In this document: positions 25,321 to 36,248 of the stretch, piece by piece
Layout: each line of letters opens with the position of its first letter
Numbering within the stretch: position 1 is the stretch's first letter
NCBI GenBank assembly: GCA_030265395.1
Contig: JARFYF010000054.1
Location: forward strand, 11,972,935-12,036,934
Reading direction: 5' to 3'
Length of the DNA stretch: 64,000 nucleotides
Origin: Rhina ancylostomus
Lineage: Eukaryota
The notes under the pieces: model-generated
The model's database searches: none
What the model was told of the DNA's origin: nothing
The model's input: only the letters and a program-made list of their open reading frames with translations
Made by a program: the position numbers and the translations under genes

Positions 25321-26489
25321 TTTTCCACAATCCCATAAATTATTCAGTTGTACCAGTCTAGACTTGTATCCTATAATACACAGTCATGAACTTTGCAGCA
25401 TTTTTTGCAATGAAATTGAAACTGAGCATAATAACATTTGGCTGCAATTGTTAATTTCAAATTTTTTGCAGGATTATAAATTATCTTATGTTGAAGGTTT
25501 TCTTCCCCACCCATCTATTTGCCAGAGTCAATTTGGAAAATTCGTATTTATAATAAAACTTTAGCAACATTGCTATTACAATATTCACAGCAGCTTTCCA
25601 TTGTGAACTTGTAATTTTAAAAATAGCCTCCTACCTTTGATTGCTTTGCTATTGGGCTTTGATCTTGGCTCTACATTTGAAAGGAGTTGCTACTCTGCCT
25701 GCTAAAAACTAGAAAATCTTAAGGAGAATTGTTTTTAAGTGACTTTGGACATCTTTCAGTATCTGGTTCTCAGCAATAATGCTAAAAGACGGCAAATTGA
25801 TTGCTGCCTTTATTTTGATAGAAAGAACATAGCCCAAGGGAGATTAGAATGTTCCCCTGAGTTATTATAAATGTTTAAATAAATGTCAAATAGATGATGA
25901 AGGTACTTTTAATTATTGTCACTGATATCATTAAGTGGATTTGTTTTTTTTTCATCTTGACTGTGAGGGAAAGAATGCCTTATGTTATACTAAAAGATGT
26001 ACTTTATCTTTCAGTGTTGGGTTAGCCAGCTGAATTGCATTCAAGCAGGCACCTTATTTGTAGGATAGTGGGGAGGGAAATTCTATCTATCCTAATCTTC
26101 CTATTTTTACTGGGAGTTTTCTGTCAATGACTGTAGCATTCAAAGAATTGCAATAGGTGCTAAATAACTAGCAAAATCTTTCTCATCTAACATGAATCCT
26201 TGACAATTAACAGATGACTTGATTTCTCACTGTAGATAACCCAGACCAAGAAAGTTTAATTTGAGTTTCTTAGCATCGTTTTTAGATAACCATTATTTAT
26301 ATTAGTTGTATGTTTTCTTTCACCCGGAATGGTGAGCAGTTTGCATTATTCCTGACCATCCACAGTGCTATTCTTTGAAATCTAGGAGGGTGAACCATGC
26401 TTTCAATACACATCTCTTTATTTCCCTTTTTCCTCCTCTCTCACTGATATGTGAGCTGTAAACAGTAAGCTGTTTCCTGCTATGAATTG

Positions 26490-26940
26490 TTCAAAGTCAA
26501 AGTCGAGTTTATTGTCATAAGCACAAGTACATGTATGCACAGGCTGAATGAAAAACTTACTTGCAGCAGAATCATGGGCACATAGCATCATATAAGCAGC
26601 ATTCACAAGGAAAACATAAATTATATACAATTTTTACAATTAGAACAGAAACAAAACAAAGTCCATTTTAGTGCAAAGTGACCAAAGTGGTTATAGTGTT
26701 GGTAAACTGTAGTGATTAGAGTTGTGCCGGTTGATCCGAGAACCAGATAGTTGAAGGGAAGTAGCTGTTCTTGAACCTGGTGGTGTGGAACTTCAGGCTT
26801 CTGTAGCTCCTGATCATTGATAGCTGCAAGAAGATGGCATGGCCCAGATGGTGGGGATCTTTGATGATGGATGTTGCCTTCTAGAGGCAGCACCTCCTGT
26901 ACATACTACCGATGGTGGAGAGGGGTGTGACCATGATGAT
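26490..26940 (-). mobile_element. Rex1/Babar-type LINE 3' end
   Basis: (tcaaag)n tail plus tttattgtcat; minus frame KATSIIKDPHHLGHAIF...YRSLKFHTTRFKNSYFPSTI. Confidence 0.85.
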
Positions 26941-27099
26941 ATGTTCAAAACAGTTCTCATCTAACCAACTAGCATTTGGCAACAATCAGGAAACTTGACT
27001 TGAAATTCCAACACTCTTTGATATTCCAACTGCTGGTGCTGATTTTAGTTCTGAGTTACCTCTATCAATAATTTCAATGCAATATATTGATTATATTCA

Positions 27100-27550
27100 G
27101 AATCTTTGTATGTTGTTGGTAACTGATAGCCAGTAGCATTAGGTTGGTAAGAGTCATTANNNNNNNNNNNNNNNNNNNNNNNNNNNNNNNNNNNNNNNNN
27201 NNNNNNNNNNNNNNNNNNNNNNNNNNNNNNNNNNNNNNNNNNNNNNNNNNNNNNNNNNNNNNNNNNNNNNNNNNNNNNNNNNNNNNNNNNNNNNNNNNNT
27301 AAGTTCAAGTAATTGAATAAATGTAGAATAAATAAACCGGATTAGTAATAGTGACAGCAAAACGACCATAGTGATGTAAAAACCTATTTGGTTTCCTAAT
27401 GTTCAGGGAAGGAAACCACCTGCCCTTACCCAGTGCAGTCTAAATGTAGTTAACCCTTGCTCTCTGCAGTGGCCCAACATGGAAAATTAGGGATGGACAA
27501 TAAATGCTAGTCTTCAGAGCAATATTCACATCCCAAGAACACACAAAATA
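27100..27550 (+). mobile_element. Elasmobranch-type SINE sharing its 3' tail with the CR1 at ~1200 (partly N)
   Basis: gtaaaacctatttggtttcctaatgttcagggaaggaaac...aattagggatggacaataaatgctag...cacatccca. Confidence 0.6.
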
Positions 27551-29247
27551 ACTGAACCTATTTTAATATTTGTAACAAACTGCATTTTTGATTGGACAGC
27601 CTATTCAAAAATAGTTGTAACATACTGTATATACAGACAGGAAAACAGATTAAATAATGTTAAATCTGGGTAATGATTTAACTGATCAAAGAACAGATGT
27701 ATGCAAAAAAGCATTGCCAAATCCATCATTGATGAATGTTGGTGTTTCAGATACTTATAGACTAATGATGCTTGAGTAGATATTCCTAATGACAAGTGAA
27801 GCTGTAAAATAAATAAATAAATAAATAATGCTGCTTACGGTGAGTTCTGCTTGTAAAGTTAATAATGAGCTTTGCAGCTGAGATTTAAAGAAATTGTAAT
27901 CAACATAGTTGCAGTATTTCAAAGCAATCGAATTTTTATCTTGTTAATGACGCTGCCTGCAAGTTTTTGTTTCGATGCAACATTACTAATTTATTCTGAC
28001 CATCACCGTTGGCAATCATCTGCATTTGCTGCAGATTTCATTCCAGATCTCATCAACAAGCTGTTCTTTGATTGTTTGCAGGCTAATCCCAGCAGCATCA
28101 AAGACAACGGAAATCCATTTTTGACAGTGTAGGAAATTAAACATTGGAATCTTTTTTTTAAAAGATGACTAATTACTTTGTTTGGCCTGTGAGTTGTGTT
28201 GATTATTACTTAGTAAATGGCAATTACGTCATGAATTTTATTTTCGTTCCCAACTTCCTATGCTGTAAAAACACTCTGTGCAATGAAGTTGGTTGAATTA
28301 CTTGATTGTGGAGTTGTCCTATTGATACCGTAACTGACTGATGGGGGTGGAGAGGGGTGGCATAGCCAATGGTGACTTAACTTTGTCCTTAACTTGGTTA
28401 ACATCAGAAATTTGTTGTGTGGGATATCATGGGCACACACCATTCCATGACATAGAACACTGGAGCTCCACTGTATAATGATATCCAGTAATGATGCTGT
28501 TTAAATTCTGCTTGTCTAGCCTGAACCATTCTAAAAATAGTCAGGAGTTTAGCCAGTTGAAATGCTGAATTCCTTTTCAAATTGACAAAATTAAATATGT
28601 TGTCATATCTCTACTCTTGGTTATCTGTCACAATCCACAGCATGTGTAAAATGCCTAAGAATTAACAGACCATGCTTGATTTGTGAGAGCAGCAGTTAAG
28701 GAAATACTGATAACACATGCTGGTTACAACCAGTGACATGCTTCACCTTTACATAACTGAAGCTTACTGTCAAATCTAGTTCACTGTTAATTTGGAGAAC
28801 CATGATCTTTAACACAAATGACTCCAGGTCCATGCTTGAAGCTGAAAGAGAAAAGATATTTGTCAACATAAGACAGATCACCCTAAGTCTTTAAGGTTTT
28901 TCTTGCCACATCAGCTGGAAAATAAATGTTGGAGTTGTGCCTCGGCAAGAGCAAAAAATCTTAATCACTTTTGACACATTCTTTTAATTTCCTGAAGCGG
29001 ATGTCAGTTGGGCTTCTGAAAATCATGGAAGACACTGACAATGGCTCTGAGGTCTATTTCAAATAAACCAGTCTGCTGAAATACAAATAAATAGCAAGGG
29101 TGAGCATCCACTGATCAGCTTCAGGTCTTCTAATATTTTATGTTCAGTTAAATATTTATTAGTTAAGATGTGTCGTTATACCAAATTATAGTCATTTAAA
29201 GAATTCAAAGTTTAAGGTCAGTGATCAGAATTCACTGTTTCTTTCAG

Positions 29248-29877
29248 ATCTGGATGACTTTAAGTTTGACCCGTTTGGTAACTTCAGCAATGGCTCTGCA
29301 GTGAGCAGTTTAACCAGTTATGATTGGTCTGAGAAAGAAGACTCTGGCTCCCAGATTAAGAAGCAGCCACCATTCTTCTTTAATTCAGAGGGCAGATCCT
29401 TATCCTCCACCTCAGTGCTTCAGAAGAAAGAAACTTCTTTCGGCAGCTCTGAGAACATCACTATGACGACTGTCTCCACGGTAACAACATTCTCAGCTGA
29501 GGATGCAAGCTCCCAACACAAGTTTGATGCCTTTGGAGACTTCAAAGAGACTGCAGAGCAGACTGCAGAGAAAAAGGAAAGTAATAATGACTTTGGGGAC
29601 TTTGCAATTACTTCATATAGGGAGGGAGAGATTACAGAGCCTAATGTGGCAGAATCAACCCTGGGTGATACAGAGCAAAGCACTGAGGTCCCTGTCACAA
29701 ATGGGGTTTCCTCCGAGGAAACAAAAACTGAAGCCTTTGATGAATTTGGGGAATTTCAAAGTGAAAAGCCAAAAATTAGTAAATTTGATTTCCTAATGGC
29801 TAGTTCCCAGGGAAAGGTGAAATCCAGTGAAGAGATGATCAAGAGTGAAATGGAAACATTTGACCTTTCTGTGCAAG
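29248..29877 (+). CDS. SYNRG: Synergin gamma exon D (630 nt)
   Basis: tttctttcAG acceptor, caag|GTatgt donor, phase 1-1; encodes LTSYDWS, LQKKETSFGSSENITMT, DEFGEFQSEKPKISKFDFL and KSSEEMIKSE..TFDLSVQG, as in mammalian SYNRG. Confidence 0.98.
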
Positions 29878-30833
29878 GTATGTAATGACAGTCTGTACCC
29901 AGTCCTAAATTGATTTTGGTAATAGTACTACTTAAGCTCAAAATTGGCTTCTGCAAAAGCATGTACTTGGTAAAAAGAAAATTTAGATTGCTGGAAAAAT
30001 GGTTGTTCAAACTTAAAAATAACAGTTAGTAATTTTGTCTGTTCTGAATTTACAAGGAACAAATTTTTAGAGTAACTTACTAACATACTTCAAGGTGTGG
30101 TTGAATATTTCCTATATTAAGTTTCCTTCTCAACAACACCATTAACAGCAATTATATTTATGTACCTTTAATGTGGTATATGTCCCATNNNNNNNNNNNN
30201 NNNNNNNNNNNNNNNNNNNNNNNNNNNNNNNNNNNNNNNNNNGATCATTAGCTTGGTCAAAGGCCGAGTTTTTAGGAAGCTAATGATGAGAGATGATGTT
30301 TAAGGGGGATTTTCAGAGAGTAGATCCAAGGTAGCTGAAAACATGCTCACTAGTTGAAATTTTTTCCTTTCTGGAGCCAAATCCTTGTCCTTCCTATTTC
30401 TCCAAACCATCACCCACCTGTGGAAATCAACAATTTTCAAGATTGCCTGACACAAATTTTACATTTGCAGTAAAATCCATCCCTGAGAGAACGTGATTTT
30501 GTCTCCTGAAACGTTTCCATGTGTAAAAAAAAGTTGCTTGCTACCCTGACATTTGAGTCAGGTTAAAAGGTCGATCAGTACATAATATTGACAGAAGAAA
30601 AATGTTCCATCGGACGTTGAGATCTCAGGGAGATTCTTGATCTATCGTGAATCTAGCAGTCTGTATCAAAACTCATACATCAAATTAACTGACATGTTTT
30701 TAAATTTCATGGTGTCTAATTGTTAAAGCAGATTCTCAGTTAATCACTGCTGGCTGTTGTGAGCAGAGGGAATTTTCTTATGTTATTGGCAAAAGAGTGA
30801 GAACTCTTTTCTGTTGTCTCAGATTTTCGTATG

Positions 30834-31217
30834 TAGTAAAACTCCAATAATCCAGCATCTGATTGTTCAGAAATCCTGATGGTCCAGGATGTAAGTTGGG
30901 CTCCAGAGTGCAAGTATACACCCAGAGTTGGAGGTCAACAGTATGGGGGCTGGGATCCAGACTGTCAGCTGCGTGTGTGGCCAGAGACATTAGAGGTCAG
31001 GGACATGGCTACATTTGGAGCTGGAATCCTAAGTGCTTGTTTATTTCCCACTCCCTTGAAACTTTGGTTCACTTGGGGAATTTATTACACTATTGTATAA
31101 CACGCTTCAAAGAAAAGTGAAGTCAAAGTGTGTTGTGGTATTAATAGGAAAAACATCCAACAGTCTGATAAACCTGCTGGTCTAGCACCACCATGCCAGA
31201 TTATTGGAGTTTTACTG
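30834..31217. mobile_element. Non-autonomous Tc1/mariner (Tigger/pogo-like) DNA transposon, MITE
   Basis: Perfect 18-bp TIR agtaaaactccaataatc (30835-52) / gattattggagttttact (31199-216); CAGT-type terminus on the right followed by TA. Confidence 0.8.
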
Positions 31218-31239
31218 TATTGACTAGGCACAGTTTTTG

Positions 31240-31390
31240 TTAACAACACACAAAAAGCTGGAGGAACTCAGCAGGTCAGGTAGCATCTATGGAAATTCAA
31301 TGTTTTGGGTCAAAACCCTTCATCTGCTGCTGAGTTCCTCCAGCTTTTTGTGTTGTTCCAGGTTCCAGCATCTGCAGTCTCTTGTGTCAC
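31240..31390. mobile_element. Penelope-derived fold-back element with a perfect 27-bp inverted repeat
   Basis: 31248-31274 is the exact reverse complement of 31327-31353; the loop holds a decayed minus-strand hammerhead-like core. Confidence 0.8.
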
Positions 31391-31457
31391 AATTTTTATT
31401 AAAGTGCTTCTCCGTCATAAACTTGTTTAACACAAAATTTCAACCTGAAAACTGCAG

Positions 31458-31621
31458 GATCTCATAAAAGGAGCCTGAGCTTGGGGGATAAAGAAGTAAC
31501 CCGTGCTCCACCACCTTCAGAGCAGGCTTTCAGGGACCGTTCCAATACACTAAATGAAAAACCAGCAGCACCACTGCCTGTCATCAGAGACAAATACAAG
31601 GACCTAACTGGGGAAGTGGAG
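31458..31621 (+). CDS. SYNRG: Synergin gamma exon E (164 nt): GSHKRSLSLGDKEVTRAPPPSEQAFRDRSNTLNEKPAAPLPVIRDKYKDLTGEVE
   Basis: actgcAG acceptor, gag|GTaaat donor, phase 1-0; peptide close to mammalian SYNRG. Confidence 0.97.
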
Positions 31622-31789
31622 GTAAATATCTTATATTTAAGAAACAGTGGTTAAAAACTGAGTTGGATGATGTTTGGAAATTCCATTTTACACTGAGAAA
31701 GTAAATGTGATTGTTCTTAGGTTTCAGCTTTCAGAATTTCAGGTTTTCCTCTGTAGGACAACAGGGGTACTTTGATATTCCATTGTCAG

Positions 31790-32170
31790 CTGCAGTTCTT
31801 TCACTAGTGTTTTCTTTTCTGAATCAGGGGTTTTGAGTTCAAATCCCATTCCAGAGATTTAAGCAGAGAAAGAAAACAAGTCTGATGATCCATTATGGCA
31901 ACAGTATAGAGGCAGTCTTTTGTTAAGCCAAGGCCAATTCTGCACTCTCATTCACACATAACAGATACCATGGCACTATTCTTATGAGCAAGTGAATTAT
32001 CCCAGTGTTCTATCCAGTATTTTTCTCTCAGTTCACATCACAACAAAACAGATTGTCTCATTATTGATGTTTGTTGAAGTTTGCTTTGTGCAAATTGGTT
32101 GCCACTTCTCTTACATTACAACAATGATATTGGCTGTGAAGTACTTTAGGACATCTCAAGACTGAAGTCA
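31790..32170 (+). mobile_element. Deu-domain SINE (SacSINE1/AmnSINE-like)
   Basis: gagttcaaatcccattccagag head; agataccatggcactatt..tcccagtgttct..acagattgtctcattatt..gtgcaaattggttgcc..acattacaaca Deu core and tail. Confidence 0.75.
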
Positions 32171-32269
32171 AAAAAGGAATGCCATTTAAAAAAAAGTCAT
32201 TTTAGCAAATTTTACTAGTTTGCTTTCAGAAGCATTTCAAAATAAATGAAGACATATTTATTTTTGTAA

Positions 32270-32520
32270 AAAAAAACAGACTGCTGAAAGAACTCAGCGA
32301 ATCAAGCAGATTCTGTGGAGCTAAAGGGATGCTTGATATTTTGGGTTGAGACCCTGCATCAAGACAGAGAATGTAGGTGTAAGGTGGTCAGTATATCGAA
32401 GTGACAGGGAGGGTTCAGACAGAGGATGATGGGCAGATGGAGTTGGGTGGGGTAGGGGGAAGGGTAGAGACTGAGTCTGGAAAGTGTAGGTAGTACAGAA
32501 GGAGTGGGTTACCTGAAATT
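32270..32520 (-). mobile_element. Penelope pseudo-LTR-derived repeat
   Basis: ctgctgaaagaactcagc..ttttgggttgagaccctgcatcaagac..gggttacctgaaatt; the last part matches the NFR* end of the GIY-YIG ORF. Confidence 0.7.
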
Positions 32521-32984
32521 ACCTTGTGATTTTCTTTTACTCTGTTTTATTTGGCACAGCTCCACAGTTGGTTGGATGAATATTATCCTACCATCTAAGC
32601 ATCGAAAGAAGATAAAATTTCCTTCATAGATGGTCAAAAACATGTTAGTAGCTAAAGTTCCCTACAGTTCAGCAATAAATTGCATTCTATGTAACTAATG
32701 TTTGTTTACAGAGCAGCCCTAAAATGAAGCTGTTGATATAATACTGAATTTTGGGGTCCTGCCCATTGTGGTTATTTATGAATTTCTTTTGCTGCCTTGT
32801 AACTTGTTCTGTTGCCATGATCACTGCATTATGATGGTTTCATCTTTTCCTTACTTGGGCATCCATTACATGCATTCATAATGCAGTATATTTTTAGTAG
32901 ATAATTCTTAATTCTACTTTGGAATCCCTCACTTACTATTTTGGTTCAATCGCTGGCAGCAATAAATTTAAATTTTAGTATTCA

Positions 32985-33310
32985 AAGGATGGCCCAGCAG
33001 TTATTACAGCTGCTTTAGTTCCAGGGATCTGGGTTTGATCCTGACCTTGGGTGCTGTCTATATGGAGTTTGCATGTTCTTTCCTTAACTACATCAGTTTT
33101 CTGCAGGTGCTCTGCTTTCCTCCCACATCCCACAGATGTATTGGTAGGTTAATTGGCTGTTTAAATTACCTCTTAGTATAGGTTAATGGCAAAAAGAATC
33201 AAAGTGGAGTGTGTAAGTTACAGAAGTACAGGAAAATTAGGAGTGAGGGAGCATTGCTAATGGGATTGCTACCCTGAGACCCAGTGAGCCAAGTGGCCTC
33301 TGCCTGCGTC
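32985..33310 (+). mobile_element. V-SINE/HE1-like SINE
   Basis: ccagggatctgggtttgatcctgacc..gtgctgtctatatggagtttgcatgttct..ggtgctctgctttcctcccacatccc..ggttaattggctg. Confidence 0.82.
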
Positions 33311-33390
33311 TTTGTCGGTGTTAAAATACTGCATGTGGAATGTGTGCAGGAATTAGTTTCAAATTAAATCATCTGTTGTATCTGTTTCAG

Positions 33391-33444
33391 GAAAATGAAC
33401 GCTATGCCTATGAATGGCAAAGATGCTTAGAAAGTGCATTGCAG
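33391..33444 (+). CDS. SYNRG: Synergin gamma exon F (54 nt): ENERYAYEWQRCLESALQ
   Basis: tctgtttcAG acceptor, cag|GTaaag donor, phase 0-0; near-identical to mammalian ENERYAYEWQRCLGSAL. Confidence 0.97.
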
Positions 33445-34304
33445 GTAAAGCCTTTAGCATTTTATTTAGCAATTCATTGTAGTGTTATGCCAGAACAAAA
33501 TCACTCAAGTACATATTCACTGTATGGAGTAGAGTCACAGAGTAATATGACATGGAAACAGGCCCTTCAGCCCAAGTCGTCCATTCTGAACAAGATGCAC
33601 ATCTAAGTTAGTCCCATTTGCCCGTGTTTGGCCCATATCCCTCTAAACCAGTTTAGAGTGGTTTACCATGATGCAAAAATGAGTTGGATTCTACAGCAAA
33701 TTCTAATCTGACTCTAGGTCACAATACTGGGAGATCCTTGTGGGAAGAATGTGACAATTGATAACACAATTAGACCATTGAGTTGAACTTAAAATGTACT
33801 CTGTTCTGTTGTACTTTCTGCATGCTCAATTTGAGTTTTAAAAGTTGTAAATTCTTATTGTATGGGCAGTCCCACTTGCATTCTGAGTGTTTGGAAAAAT
33901 TACCAGTACTGTGAATTACTGATACTATATATTGACAACCAATTACTTGCTGTATCCAGCAGTCTCAAATAATTGGAGGAGGAGTCTGTATTTTAAACCA
34001 ATATAATCTCTTACCATTGCAGATGAGGGTTAACTTAAGTCACTGTGGAAACAAAGTCACTGAAATTAGACTGGGCATTTAATTTCTCAGTCTATTTTCA
34101 TCCTTCTGCTGTGAAACATGCATACCTGTTTTTGTTAGCACTGCATTTAGTTGTCCACTTCCAGGATGGTGTCCTGTTCTACACCCATCTTAAATTTGAG
34201 AAGCTAATCCAGATTTCTGTTTCCTGTATCCTAGTTTTCACTAGGACCTATTCATCTATCAGCCTTTTGCTACCCTAGGTTCTGGTTCAATAATGCTTCA
34301 GTTT

Positions 34305-35215
34305 TGAACATAGAACAGTACAGTACAATACAGGCCCTTTGGCCCACATGTTTTGACGACCTTTAAACCTTGCCTAAGACTATCTAACCCCTTCCTCCCA
34401 CATATCCATCTATTTTAAATTCCTCCATATGCCTATCTAGTAATCTCTTGAATTTGACCGATGTACCTGCCTCCACCACCGCCCCAGGTAGCACATTCCA
34501 TGCCCCAACTACTCTCTGGGTAAAAAACCTCCCTTTGATATCTCCCTTGAACTTCCCACCCATTACTTTAAAGCCATGCCCTCTTGTATTGGGCATTGGT
34601 GCCCTGGGAAAGNNNNNNNNNNNNNNNNNNNNNNNNNNNNNNNNNNNNNNNNNNNNNNNNNNNNNNNNNNNNNNNNNNNNNNNNNNNNNNNNNNNNNNNN
34701 NNNNNNNNNNNNTACATCATTACCTTGTGGCTCTTAAACTCAACCCCTCGACTTATGAAAGCTAACACACCATAAGCTTTCTTAACTGCCCTGTCCACCT
34801 GTGAGGCAACTTTCAGGGATCTGTGGATATGGACCCCCAGATCCCTCTGCTCCTCCACACTACCAAAATCCTGCCATTAACTTTGTACTCTGCCTTGGAG
34901 TTTGTCCTTCCAAAGTGTACCACCTCACACTACTCCAGATTGAACTCCATCTGCCACTTCTCTCGCCCAGCTCTGCATCCTATCAATGTCCCTCTTCAAT
35001 CCTCTACACTATCCATAAAACCACCAGCCTTTATGTCGTCTGCAAACTTGCCAACCCACCCTTCTACCCACCTCATCCAAGTCATTAATAAAAATCACAA
35101 AAAGCAGAGATCCTAGAACTGATCCTTGTGGGACACCGCTAATCACAGCCCACCAATCTGAATGCAATCCCTCCACCGCAACCCTCTGCTTTTTACAGGG
35201 AAGCCAATTCTGAAT
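34305..35215 (-). mobile_element. Relatively young 5'-truncated CR1 LINE
   Basis: Minus-strand [76 protein letters not shown] and a tgttctatg tail. Confidence 0.95.
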
Positions 35216-36151
35216 CCTTGAAGTTCTCATCCTTGTTATAAGTCCCTGTGTTGACTTTCATTTCCATATTTCTGCAGCCCCAGCCTCAGAACCTTCTGAG
35301 AACTCTGCATTGTTCTAGTTATTACCATTTTGGTCCCGTATTTTCTTTGTTCCACCATCAGCGCCCTTGCTATCAGATGAACATGCCTAAATGCTGGAAT
35401 TCCCCTTCTAGGACTTCCTGATTCTCTACTGTCCTCTCTTATAAAGTGCTCTTTAAAATCTCACTTATTTAACTTTTAGTTATCCACCCTGTGGGCTGGA
35501 TCTTGCTGCTGGATTGAGTCTCCTGCTGGCCTGCACTTATCTGAGCTACAACAGAAGGCCAATCTTCTCAGCCATTCATAACCCTGTTTCAGCCAACAAG
35601 ATCTGAATGACGATCTAGGCAGCAGGCAATGTTGTGCAGAGGTCCCACTGCCCAAATGCTCATCCGAACTATCCTAAATGTCACAGTTTTTAAATGGCTC
35701 TGACTAGCACAGAATCTGAGAGGCACTTTTCCCCACATTAACTTGCTGGAACTTCTCAAATCACATACAGTCCCATGCCTTCCTTCAGCTAGAATGGCAG
35801 AACATGAGAAGTACCCTTTAGAGCTACCAGCCACAATATCACAGAGTACCTTGGAACATGGTAGGCATTTAAGACACTACATAAATGCATTTTTGTTGAA
35901 GATCAACTTTAGATCATCAACATCAGATCAATTTCAAGTAAGCTCTCTATATTTGATAAGTTTTCAAATAGTTGACTAATAGTTTGTAAAAATATTGATT
36001 ACATTTGAGGTATTGCTATTCAATATAAACTGTTTAATTGTCCACTAATGAGTATAAGAATTTGTTAATTGTTTTGTTTCCATATACCAGCCTTTTATAT
36101 TTGTTGTAAATATCTTATAATCATTATATCCTATAATCATTTTTGTTTTAG

Positions 36152-36248
36152 GTGATCAACAAGGCCAGTGAGACTTTGAATGGAATCAGCAGCTCAACTG
36201 TGTGTAGTGAAGTCATCCAGTCAACCCAGGGCATGGAATATCTCTTGG
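36152..36248 (+). CDS. SYNRG: Synergin gamma exon G (97 nt): VINKASETLNGISSSTVCSEVIQSTQGMEYLL
   Basis: ttttgttttAG acceptor, ttgg|GTatgg donor, phase 0-1. Confidence 0.97.

Noticed and set aside
27806-27828. Clustered AATAAA signals
   Set aside because: Simple (AAAT)n microsatellite.
29420-30010. Alternative-frame and antisense ORFs over exon D
   Set aside because: Shadows of the real coding exon.
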